Origin: an uncultured Gammaproteobacteria bacterium
Lineage (GTDB): Bacteria > Patescibacteriota > Microgenomatia > Daviesbacterales > UBA10151
NCBI GenBank assembly: GCA_964360965.1
Contig: CAYHYM010000003.1
Coordinates: 29-64,028 of the forward strand
DNA: 64,000 nucleotides
Direction of reading: 5' to 3'
Below the pieces are notes generated by a model that made no database searches, had not been told where the DNA came from, and saw only the letters and a program-made list of their open reading frames with translations. How positions within the stretch are numbered: the first letter of the stretch is position 1; every line of letters begins with the position of its first letter. Below are positions 45,475 to 53,624 of the stretch, piece by piece. Made by a program: the position numbers and the translations under genes.

Positions 45475-46733
45475 CAGGTCCTTATAATCAATCTTAAAAA
45501 TGTTCTAGTTACCACATAGGCCGTAAAAATGGACACCAAAACTCCAATTGAAAGAGTGATGGCGAAACCGCGAACCAGTGATGTACCAAAATAATAAAGG
45601 ATGGCAGCAGTAATTAAAGAAGAAACATTGGAAGCCCAAATTGAGACCCAGGCTCTTTTAAAACCCAACTCCATTGCCATAGTTTTACTTTTCCCCCACC
45701 GTATCTCTTCTTTTATTCTCTCAAATATTAAAATATTGGCATCAACAGCCATTCCTACGGACAGAATAAATCCCGCAATACCGGCCAGTGTTAAAGTTAC
45801 CGGAGGCAGAATAAAAAAACCGCTTTTAAAAATTGCCAAAACTAAAAGTGCATAAATTAAGAGGGCAAAATCTGCTACCATTCCCAAAACACCATAATAT
45901 AGCCCCATATAAATCACCACCACAGAAAGACCGATCGCACCAGCTATAAAACTATTCTTGACAGATTCTGCTCCTAAAGTTGGACCAATAAATCTTTGCT
46001 CAATTATTTTAATTGGCACAGGCAGCGCTCCGGCATTGAGCTGGATACTCAAATCACGAGCTTCTTGGGTGGTAAATTGTCCGGTAATAACAGCAGACCC
46101 TCCCACTATTTCCTGCTGTACCACCGGAGCGGATACCAGTTGATCATCCAGAAAAATAGCCAATGGTTTGCCCAAATTTTTCTTGGTAATTTGGGCAAAC
46201 TTCTCAGAGCCCTCTTGAGTAAATTCAATTGCTACCTGTGGCCCTGCTGCCGACCCCTGACCTGACCCAAAAGTAACCTGAGCCTTTTTTAAATCTGCTC
46301 CTGTTAATCCTGTTGGTGTAAACAGCAATGGGATAGCTGAATCAGTTGATTGCCCGGAGGCAGTGGCTGGTAATTCCCGAAAATCCAGTTGTGCAGTTCT
46401 ACCAACCAACTTTGCTGCTGAAGACGCATCTTTTAATCCCGGAAGTTCAACTAAAATTCTCCTATCCCCCGAAACTTTGGAAGTTTGAACAACAGCCTCT
46501 GTTACCCCAAATAAATTAACTCTTTTTTCAATTACCTCTCTGGCAGACTCCAAAGCGGATTCATAATCTTTGGGGTCAATTTTCCCCATATCAGTTAAAA
46601 GAATCATCTGTATACCACCCTTAAGATCAAGCCCCAATTTTAATGGAAAATTAAAAGATAACTTGGGAATGTTAATAAATATAGCAAAAACAGTAGCAGT
46701 AATAATGATCAATAAACTTAACCTGAGATTCAT
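45474..46733 (-). CDS. secD: Protein-export membrane protein SecD
   Basis: 419 aa. MNLRLSLLIIITATVFAIF...LGLDLKGG, periplasmic domain, 6 C-terminal TM. Confidence 0.9.
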   Translation of the reverse strand: MNLRLSLLIIITATVFAIFINIPKLSFNFPLKLGLDLKGGIQMILLTDMGKIDPKDYESALESAREVIEKRVNLFGVTEAVVQTSKVSGDRRILVELPGLKDASSAAKLVGRTAQLDFRELPATASGQSTDSAIPLLFTPTGLTGADLKKAQVTFGSGQGSAAGPQVAIEFTQEGSEKFAQITKKNLGKPLAIFLDDQLVSAPVVQQEIVGGSAVITGQFTTQEARDLSIQLNAGALPVPIKIIEQRFIGPTLGAESVKNSFIAGAIGLSVVVIYMGLYYGVLGMVADFALLIYALLVLAIFKSGFFILPPVTLTLAGIAGFILSVGMAVDANILIFERIKEEIRWGKSKTMAMELGFKRAWVSIWASNVSSLITAAILYYFGTSLVRGFAITLSIGVLVSIFTAYVVTRTFLRLIIRT

Positions 46734-46736
46734 TTA

Positions 46737-47324
46737 CTAAACAATCACACCTTCTAAAAGTTCCTCCTCGCTTCCAAAAAGCATTATTTTGGGCTGGACC
46801 ACAACCCGCAGAATAAACGGATCTCTTCTACGCACCCTAAAACGAAACTCTTCCTCATTCATCACCGAATAGTTAACCTCAGCTTCTTTTTTGGCCTGCT
46901 CATCAGAAATGATGGATTGAAGTTCTGCCAGCACGACCTGACCAACTACCAAAAGATCAATATCTTCAGAACCTGCAGGTTTTCCCTGTAAAAAACGGGT
47001 TGAAATAAAGACAAATTTTATTTTGCCCAGTTTATTTTTGTTTTTTATAATGTTTCCGCCCAAACCAGTTGTTTTGGCTGCCAGGCTTAAAAGCTCATTA
47101 TAAAAAATATAATCCTTGCGAAAACGATATAACCTTCTGTTGGCCCGCCACTCAGATGTAACCATGCCATATTTCTCCATTCTGGCAAGTTCACGCCTGA
47201 CTGCGTTAATCTCCTCTTGAGTGCGCCTGACTATCTCTCTGACATGAAAAAGCTGATCTTGGTGAGATAAAAACAACTGCAATATTTTCACCCTAACACG
47301 GGAGACAAAAAGTTCTTCTAGCAT
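46737..47324 (-). CDS. Putative winged-helix transcriptional regulator with uncharacterised C-terminal domain
   Basis: 195 aa. N-terminal wHTH-like segment VREIVRRTQEEINAVRRELARMEKYGMVTSE. Confidence 0.35.
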   Translation of the reverse strand: MLEELFVSRVRVKILQLFLSHQDQLFHVREIVRRTQEEINAVRRELARMEKYGMVTSEWRANRRLYRFRKDYIFYNELLSLAAKTTGLGGNIIKNKNKLGKIKFVFISTRFLQGKPAGSEDIDLLVVGQVVLAELQSIISDEQAKKEAEVNYSVMNEEEFRFRVRRRDPFILRVVVQPKIMLFGSEEELLEGVIV

Positions 47325-47351
47325 TTATTTTCACCACCTCCCTGAGCAGTT

Positions 47352-48566
47352 TTAATAACTTATCTTTGCGCCTTCCGGCACAGTCTGAATCCAAATCTGA
47401 CCAGGATTAAATTCTATTTCCTTACCATTGCTACTGACAAATTTAGTTCTATCTACTCTTTTATTTTTAACCCATTTACCTTCTATCGCAACACCGTCTT
47501 GAAAAATTAAAGCTTTACCAGTTCCTGTTGTACCATAAAGTAAATGGATATTGCCCGGATATCCGTCATTGGCATTTGCCTCCCTCTGAAATTGAACAAC
47601 TATATTTTTGGCTGCAAGCTGACGCTTATTGTTTAAATCAGTTTGTTCTATACCGCCATTTTTTCTTTTATAAGAATTTGAGACAGCATCATAAATCCAC
47701 TCCACACCATATTCACCCTGTCCTTCCCAGAAACTGACTGTAATTTTACTTATTTGCCCTTTAGTCTCTTGTGGTGAGCGTACTTGTACTGAGCTTGTCG
47801 AAGTAGTCGAACCATTAAACTTCCAAGGTACATAATTTTTGTCCCAGGAATCTCCATCCTCATCTTTTTCTACCCACCCTCTTTTGGCTGCTGTCTCCCA
47901 CAGCTTTTGGGTGGTGGAATACATGGTATGTTCTGTTGCCACCGGATGACCCAGTCTTTGATAATCCCTCCAAAAAATAGGAAAACCAATGCTAAATTGA
48001 TTTAAATCTTTGATTTTATATGCAATAATTTGAGAAAGCGCATCTGCCGGACCTGGGGTATTTGCTCCGCCAACATGGGCATATAAAGCATCATATTCTG
48101 AAAGCCAGTCCAGATAATAAGTCCGAGCAGATCTGACCGGTCCCACCTGAATATCAGACAAACGACAGTAAAAAATAGCCATAAATCTGGTAATTCCACC
48201 TTCTGCCACCGCCTCATAAATAATATCTGCAGAGGATAATCCTGATTGAGGTCTGGCCTCTGAGTGATTTTCAATCATTATTGCCAAGGGCCTTCTTTTC
48301 TCCCAAGCCTCTTTAGCCGCCTTGGTATGTAGACTGCCATTTAAAGGACATTTTTCTGTTTTTGGCTCTTTTTCATCTTCTTCAACAACGCTTGAGGGTC
48401 CCGGCAAAGAACTGATTAGCTCTCCGTTTAATGAGGGTGAGGTAGAGGAGAATACCGAATAAGAAAGTGTGGCGGAGGCACCGTAAATAAAAATTGATAA
48501 AATTATACCTACCAAAATCTGCTGCAGTTTAGTTAATTTTTGAAATGTTTCCAAAATACTGTTCAT
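47352..48566 (-). CDS. DUF3048 (YerB-like) secreted protein
   Basis: 404 aa. Signal anchor, then RPLAIMIENHSEARPQSGLSSADIIYEAVAEGGITRFMAIFY...VGPVRSARTYY matches the YerB/DUF3048 core. Carries Family-E module 47781..47806. Confidence 0.6.
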   Translation of the reverse strand: MNSILETFQKLTKLQQILVGIILSIFIYGASATLSYSVFSSTSPSLNGELISSLPGPSSVVEEDEKEPKTEKCPLNGSLHTKAAKEAWEKRRPLAIMIENHSEARPQSGLSSADIIYEAVAEGGITRFMAIFYCRLSDIQVGPVRSARTYYLDWLSEYDALYAHVGGANTPGPADALSQIIAYKIKDLNQFSIGFPIFWRDYQRLGHPVATEHTMYSTTQKLWETAAKRGWVEKDEDGDSWDKNYVPWKFNGSTTSTSSVQVRSPQETKGQISKITVSFWEGQGEYGVEWIYDAVSNSYKRKNGGIEQTDLNNKRQLAAKNIVVQFQREANANDGYPGNIHLLYGTTGTGKALIFQDGVAIEGKWVKNKRVDRTKFVSSNGKEIEFNPGQIWIQTVPEGAKISY

Positions 48567-48575
48567 GTTAAATTT

Positions 48576-49049
48576 CTAATTTTTTAAAGCTTCTTTAACC
48601 ACCTGATCTTCCTCCTCTGAAAACTGGTATTTATAAGCTTTACCAAGCTTTACAGATTTGGCAAAAACTCTGGTTTCTGATCTGGAATGAAGGCTGGTTA
48701 TAACTATCCCTGATCCTTCATTATCTAAAAAGACAACTGAAAAACTCATATTCCCTCCAGTATCATCATAAGGGTTGTAGCGCAAAAGTGCCACCTTTTG
48801 AATATGTTCCAATCCATCTTTTTCCAATCTTTCCAAAGTTCCCTTGATCTCATCAATACCCTTACCAAAACCCTCTACTTCTTTTAAAACTTCTTCAAAC
48901 TTTTTTCTAACATCCCGTTCACCACTCTTTGGAAAAAGAGATTTTAAAAAATTCCTTTGCTGCCATGCCAAAATTGTCAAAACCGTAAGCCATATAAAAA
49001 CTGCCACTGGCAGCAGCCATCCGGCAAAGTCGAACCAATCCGAATACAT
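48576..49049 (-). CDS. DUF4446-like membrane-anchored protein
   Basis: 157 aa, N-terminal TM. VALLRYNPYDDTGGNMSFSVVFLDNEGSGIVITSLHSRSETRVFAKSV resembles the DUF4446 consensus. Confidence 0.4.
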   Translation of the reverse strand: MYSDWFDFAGWLLPVAVFIWLTVLTILAWQQRNFLKSLFPKSGERDVRKKFEEVLKEVEGFGKGIDEIKGTLERLEKDGLEHIQKVALLRYNPYDDTGGNMSFSVVFLDNEGSGIVITSLHSRSETRVFAKSVKLGKAYKYQFSEEEDQVVKEALKN

Positions 49050-49092
49050 AAGTTACTCTTTTAATATAACTTATGAGTACAATTGTTGTCAA

Positions 49093-49129
49093 CTACGTTC
49101 ATGTAAACGTTCATGTAAACTGAACATAG
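49093..49129. repeat. Reverse-orientation, internally duplicated copy of the rnpB P3 hairpin
   Basis: Reverse complement CTATGTTCAGTTTACATGAACGT-TTACATGAACGT-AG versus rnpB P3 CTACGTTCAGTTTACATGAACGTAG (52398..52422). 19 nt are identical, plus a 12-nt tandem duplication. A Family-A module follows at 49149..49175. Confidence 0.55.
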
Positions 49130-49175
49130 TCAATCAAGTAAAATTTAACACCTCGGAGGTGGACTCTAACTCCTA

Positions 49176-49712
49176 TCAGAAAGTGACTAAGATTGGGCAA
49201 AAAACTAAATAGGTTCTTAAACTATCAATAGCCTTCGTAATTCTTTCAATAGTGAAATAAAATCTTTTACCTTTCCAGGGATCAATAATCACAATTTTAT
49301 CTCCAATCATTTTCTCAACTAACACAAAATGTGGAGCATGTACACTATGTCTTAAGTAATATATGTCTAAGTGTAAAATAAATAATTTTTGCTTATGAAT
49401 TATTTTCTGAATAAAGGGAATATTAATTCTTTGAAATTCTATCTCAAGCTTTCGATTAACAGGTAGATTTTTTAAGACTTTAGTGAAATATTTGTTACCT
49501 ACCCATACTTTCAAGGGAAGATTAAATTTTGTTGAGAACTCATTTAAAATACCTATATGGTAAATCTCTCTCGCAAACAGTATTCCTTTAAACAAAAGTT
49601 CTTGTTCATCCTCCAGCTTAAAACTGGTTCCTTTTATGTAAGATAACCACATCAGCAAACAGGCAGGAAGACAACTTTCGCAGGTGGTCTGTTTATAGGG
49701 AATAATTCTCAT
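49176..49712 (-). CDS. Stand-alone C39-like (papain-fold) cysteine peptidase domain protein
   Basis: 178 aa. QTTCESCLPACLLMWLSYIKG fits the C39 Q..C..ACL.M.L..G catalytic-Cys motif. Downstream His HAPHFVLVEKMIGDKIVIIDPW. Confidence 0.55.
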   Translation of the reverse strand: MRIIPYKQTTCESCLPACLLMWLSYIKGTSFKLEDEQELLFKGILFAREIYHIGILNEFSTKFNLPLKVWVGNKYFTKVLKNLPVNRKLEIEFQRINIPFIQKIIHKQKLFILHLDIYYLRHSVHAPHFVLVEKMIGDKIVIIDPWKGKRFYFTIERITKAIDSLRTYLVFCPILVTF

Positions 49713-49867
49713 AAAGATAACTTAGCATTTAAAAATTATTAAACAAGCCCCAAAATTTAGGTTCAAATTGCAACTTGCATATAAATATTTAAATGCTATA
49801 CTCCTTCCACTTTGAATATAAAAAAATGAAATTTTTATAAATTCAAAGTTAAAAGGAGGTGAAAAAT

Positions 49868-50182
49868 ATGTCAGCAGAAAATTCTCCTGAGCATAGTCAA
49901 TTGATAGAATTTGACGTAGCGTTGCCAGAGAATCTAACACTTGGCTCTGACATAATAATTCAATTACTTGATAGATACTCACATGTATGCGTAGAATACT
50001 GGACATATATAAATAGACCAGCACAAGTACACTTTGGTTTAGGAGATGCTGTTTCGAGTATCCAATCTGATGCTGCACATGTGGCAAGCGTAGAAGAATT
50101 AGGAAAAGTTTTAGAAATAATTGGCTTACAGCCGCAGGCCCAAGAAATTTATAATAGGATTGGAGTTGAATTTAAGAGATAG
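49868..50182 (+). CDS. Hypothetical 104-aa protein
   Basis: ATG at 49868 preceded by a perfect SD AAGGAGGTG (the track ORF starts 9 nt earlier at GTG). Promoter-like TTGCAT-16-TATACT at ~49772..49800. The overlapping minus-strand ORF 49722..50087 is rejected. Confidence 0.55.
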   Translation: MSAENSPEHSQLIEFDVALPENLTLGSDIIIQLLDRYSHVCVEYWTYINRPAQVHFGLGDAVSSIQSDAAHVASVEELGKVLEIIGLQPQAQEIYNRIGVEFKR

Positions 50183-50305
50183 TATATCTCCTAGTACTTT
50201 TCTCAGCCATACTAATAGTTTTTCAACAAAAATCCCATAGTTTTAGCCTCATTTGGTGCTTGACAGGCATGTGGGCTTATGATAGGCTCACACTAGGCTC
50301 AAATT

Positions 50306-50587
50306 ATGGCTATCCTTCAAACCAAAAAACAATCTGATTTAGAAAAACGCCTTAAGTTTCTTCGCCAACAAATCTATGGTCGGGAATCAGTAGCTAGTAA
50401 CAAGCAGTATGTAGTAAGTGAAGAAATGACACCAAAAAATACCCATACTACCAACCTACTTACTGATGTAACCTATCTTAAGGGTGATCTTGCCAAAATT
50501 TCTCTTTTAGCAAGTGCAGCCTTGGGCATGCAGATCCTACTATACTTTCTGATGAAAAATCATATTTTAAATTTTATCAAAATTTGA
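50306..50587 (+). CDS. Hypothetical protein with C-terminal TM helix
   Basis: 93 aa, C-terminal ISLLASAALGMQILLYFLM. Confidence 0.4.
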   Translation: MAILQTKKQSDLEKRLKFLRQQIYGRESVASNKQYVVSEEMTPKNTHTTNLLTDVTYLKGDLAKISLLASAALGMQILLYFLMKNHILNFIKI

Positions 50588-50604
50588 AGGGAGGTGATAA
50601 AAAT

Positions 50605-50742
50605 ATGCAGATGTATTGTGTTAAATGCCGCACCAAAAGAGACGCTGAAGATGTCCAACAGGTCACTATGAAAAATGGCAAAAAAGCCAGCAAGGGTCGT
50701 TGTCCTGTTTGCAGCACTTCAATGTTTAGAATTGGCGGCTAA
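50605..50742 (+). CDS. 45-aa zinc-ribbon mini-protein (CxxC...CxxC)
   Basis: Strong SD GAAGGGAGGTGA 7 nt upstream. MQMYCVKCRTKRDAEDVQQVTMKNGKKASKGRCPVCSTSMFRIGG. Resembles DUF5679-type small Zn-ribbon proteins (recalled from memory, unverified). Not in the ORF track. Confidence 0.55.
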   Translation: MQMYCVKCRTKRDAEDVQQVTMKNGKKASKGRCPVCSTSMFRIGG

Positions 50743-50799
50743 TTACTTGGTGATTTGTTCACCATTTCTAAAAAGTCCTCCAAAATGTTGGGGGATTTT

Positions 50800-52353
50800 T
50801 TAGTGACTTTCATCTCTTGACCTGTATTGAAGGGCTTCGGCAATATGTTCAGTTAAAATACTATCCAATCCATCAAGATCAGCAATGGTGCGTGATAATT
50901 TAAGCACCCTATGATAACCTCTGGCTGATAAATTAATTGATGATATTGCCTGTTTTAAAAGCTCCAACCCTTCTTGAGTAATTTGGCAAAAATTCTTGAT
51001 CTCCGCATTTCCCATTTCCGAATTAGTTAAAATATGGCCGGTTTTAAATCTCCCTCTTTGAATCTGGCGGGCTCTAATTACTCTTTTCCTAATGGCCTTG
51101 GAATCCTCAACAGTCAAATCAGCTGATAATTTATCAACATCAACTGCCGGAATTTCCAGATAAATATCAATTCTATCAAGCAAAGGACCGGAAACTCTAC
51201 GCTGATATTTGGCAATCTGACCAGGAAAACAACTACATTGACGCTTTTTGTCACCCAAAAACCCGCATGGACAGGGATTTTGAGCGGCAAGCAATATAAA
51301 TTGCGCAGGAAATGTTAAAGTTCCGGCAGCGCGTGAGATGGTAATATGATGATCCTCCAGCGGTTGACGCAATGCCTCTAAAACATATCTGGGAAATTCA
51401 GGAAACTCATCCAGAAAAAGTACCCCCCTATGAGCCAAAGATATCTCTCCCGGTCTTGGGGTATTTCCTCCGCCAATAAGACCTATATGAGAAGCGCTGT
51501 GATGAGGTGTTCTAAATGGTCTTTGGGTTATCAAAGATTGCCCGTTGCCTAAATTACCGGATATAGAATAAATTTTGGTTACCTCTATCGCTTCATCAAA
51601 GGTAAGCGGAGGCAGTATTGATGGAAATGATCGGGCAAGCATTGTTTTACCGGCTCCCGGAGGACCCTTTAATAGAACATTATGTCCTCCGGCGGCAGCT
51701 ATCTCCAAAGCTCTTTTGGCGTGCTCCTGTCCTTTAATTTGGGAAAAATCATATCCATAATTTATATCCTCCTCAAACTCAATTTTTTGAGGTTTAACTG
51801 GATTTGTTAATTTTTGACCTAATAAAATTTGAGTTACATCTTTTAAACTATTACATGCCAGTACTTTTACCCCTTTAACTATTGCTGCCTCCTGTCCATT
51901 ATCTTTTGGAACAATCATTGTTTTAAAACCCCTCTGTTTGGAAAGTACTGCCAGCGGCAATACTCCCTTAGTTTTTCTTAAATCACCATCCAAAGACAGC
52001 TCACCAACAACCAGGACTCTATCCAAATCCAATCCGTTATCACTACCATTTGGAACCTGTCCTGATGCCAAAAGCAATCCCAAGGCAATTGGCAAATCAT
52101 ATTGCGGCCCCTCTTTGGGAAGATCTGCGGGAGCAAGATTAACAATTATTTTTCTGGATGGAAAATCACCACCTGAGTTTTTGATGGCAGATCTTACTCT
52201 TTCCTTTGATTCCTCAACTGCCCGATCAGCCAACCCTACTATGGTAAAAGAGGGCAGCCCTTGTGAGGCAATATCAACTTCTACCTCAATTGGTACTCCA
52301 TCAAGACCGACATTGGCACCAGATAAAATTTTAGCAAGCATTGGATTTTGCAA
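50800..52353 (-). CDS. comM: YifB/ComM-family AAA+ ATPase (Mg-chelatase-like)
   Basis: 517 aa. N-terminal Lon-like domain, AAA+ Walker A GPPGAGKTMLA, C-terminal Mg_chelatase_C. Confidence 0.9.
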   Translation of the reverse strand: MQNPMLAKILSGANVGLDGVPIEVEVDIASQGLPSFTIVGLADRAVEESKERVRSAIKNSGGDFPSRKIIVNLAPADLPKEGPQYDLPIALGLLLASGQVPNGSDNGLDLDRVLVVGELSLDGDLRKTKGVLPLAVLSKQRGFKTMIVPKDNGQEAAIVKGVKVLACNSLKDVTQILLGQKLTNPVKPQKIEFEEDINYGYDFSQIKGQEHAKRALEIAAAGGHNVLLKGPPGAGKTMLARSFPSILPPLTFDEAIEVTKIYSISGNLGNGQSLITQRPFRTPHHSASHIGLIGGGNTPRPGEISLAHRGVLFLDEFPEFPRYVLEALRQPLEDHHITISRAAGTLTFPAQFILLAAQNPCPCGFLGDKKRQCSCFPGQIAKYQRRVSGPLLDRIDIYLEIPAVDVDKLSADLTVEDSKAIRKRVIRARQIQRGRFKTGHILTNSEMGNAEIKNFCQITQEGLELLKQAISSINLSARGYHRVLKLSRTIADLDGLDSILTEHIAEALQYRSRDESH

Positions 52354-52370
52354 TCATTATATAGTAAAAT
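52341..52370 (+). promoter_or_regulatory. Candidate rnpB promoter TTGGAT-18-TAAAAT
   Basis: -10 TAAAAT 52365..52370 lies ~6 nt before the predicted rnpB 5' end. It overlaps the 5' end of comM on the other strand. Confidence 0.4.
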
Positions 52371-52375
52371 GTATC

Positions 52376-52662
52376 TGCCTAGGAAGAAGGATGATTGCTA
52401 CGTTCAGTTTACATGAACGTAGAGGAAAGTCCAGACAGCAAAGAGCAGGGTGTCCGGCGTAAGACGGAGGTCGTAAGATCCAGTTAGAGCAACAGTGACG
52501 AACCGAGGTAATGCTCGGATGAAACGGGCAATCCTCCCCGCTGCAATCCTAGAATCGGTCAGGTTGCTCGCCTGATGACCGGAGTAAGGAGCATTAGATA
52601 AATGATCATCAATCCTGACTAAATCGGGATGAACAGAATCTGGCTTACTCTCATCCTAGGCA
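52376..52662 (+). ncRNA. rnpB: RNase P RNA (bacterial type, compact)
   Basis: P3 hairpin 52398..52422, then GAGGAAAGTCCAGAC...AGAGCAGGGTG... (P4 5' strand, cf. GAGGAAAGTCCGGGC...CAGGGTGCC). Internal AGAGCAACAGTGACGAA (cf. GTGCAACAGAGAG). 3' ACAGAATCTGGCTTAC (P4 3' strand, cf. ACAGAACCCGGCTTA) then P1 closing TCATCCTAGGCA pairing with TGCCTAGG..ATGA at the 5' end. The 3' end overlaps the stop of the convergent AI-2E gene. Confidence 0.8.
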
Positions 52663-53624
52663 CTTTTTTCTTCTAATACTTCCATCCAAACTACTTGCAA
52701 AACAACCACAATCGGTACCGCCAAAAGTGCTCCCCCAAATCCTAAAAGTCTGGTCCCCACAGCCACAGCCAAAATAATAATTAAGGGATTTAAGCCTACT
52801 GCTCTTTTCATAACTTGCGGCACTATCAGATTATTTTCCAGCTGCTGAATAATAAAATACCAACCGACAACAGCAGCTGTTATAACCGGAGAAATAGTCA
52901 GCGCCAAAATAACTGCCGGAATTGCGGCAATGATCGGTCCAATAACCGGCACCACCTCCATGATTGCAGCAAGTAAAGCCAGAGGTAGCGCATAGGGAAT
53001 ATTTAAAATAATCAGCCCCAAATATACCAGCAATCCAATAATAATACTCAAAAACAACTGGCCCCTTACCCATGCTCCCAGCTTTTCCTCTATTCTGATG
53101 ATAGATTTTCTGATCTGTCCTGATCTTTCTCCAAATAAAGAAGGAGTTTTTTCTTCTAAACTCTCTTTTTCTAAAAGCAGATAGAAGGTTAAAACTAAAA
53201 CAAAAATCACCGTGATAAGATTACTGAATACTTCCAGGGTTATGGAAAAGATATTTTTGGAAAGATTGACCAATTGTGACTGAAAAACCGTGTCGTTAAC
53301 ATCTGACAGGTTAAATTGATCGGCTAGTAAAGGCGGAAGAGCAGAAATTAACCTGTTGCTTTGTTCAATAAGCGGCGGCAATAAAATGGCCAAAATGCCT
53401 GCCACTGCTGCTATTATGAAAATGTATGAAATGATAATTCCCAATGCTTTAGGCAATTTTAACTTAGTAAAAAAATTCACCAGAGGAGAAAGAGCAGACA
53501 TCAAAATTACTGCCACAAATAAAAGGATTAACAGATCTCTTATTAAGTAAAGCACCCAAAGACCCAAAATAAAAATGGTGATAAAAATAATTGTTTTATG
53601 TGAAATATCAATTTTTCTTGGCAT
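52656..53624 (-). CDS. AI-2E family transporter (UPF0118/PerM-like)
   Basis: 322 aa, 8 TM. Conserved LSALSPLV and PVIGPII motifs. Confidence 0.8.
   Translation of the reverse strand: MPRKIDISHKTIIFITIFILGLWVLYLIRDLLILLFVAVILMSALSPLVNFFTKLKLPKALGIIISYIFIIAAVAGILAILLPPLIEQSNRLISALPPLLADQFNLSDVNDTVFQSQLVNLSKNIFSITLEVFSNLITVIFVLVLTFYLLLEKESLEEKTPSLFGERSGQIRKSIIRIEEKLGAWVRGQLFLSIIIGLLVYLGLIILNIPYALPLALLAAIMEVVPVIGPIIAAIPAVILALTISPVITAAVVGWYFIIQQLENNLIVPQVMKRAVGLNPLIIILAVAVGTRLLGFGGALLAVPIVVVLQVVWMEVLEEKSA

Noticed and set aside
49722-50087. 121-aa minus-strand ORF overlapping the 104-aa plus-strand ORF
   Set aside because: The plus-strand ORF has a perfect SD (AAGGAGGTG) 7 nt before its ATG and an upstream promoter. 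The minus-strand translation is compositionally odd (Tyr/Ile/Leu/Ser/Gln-rich, non-globular) with no RBS. It is treated as a shadow ORF.
50183-50305. Direct repeat TAGGCTCA x2 upstream of the 93-aa ORF as an operator
   Set aside because: It is too short (8 nt) and unsupported by a convincing promoter context. It is likely chance.
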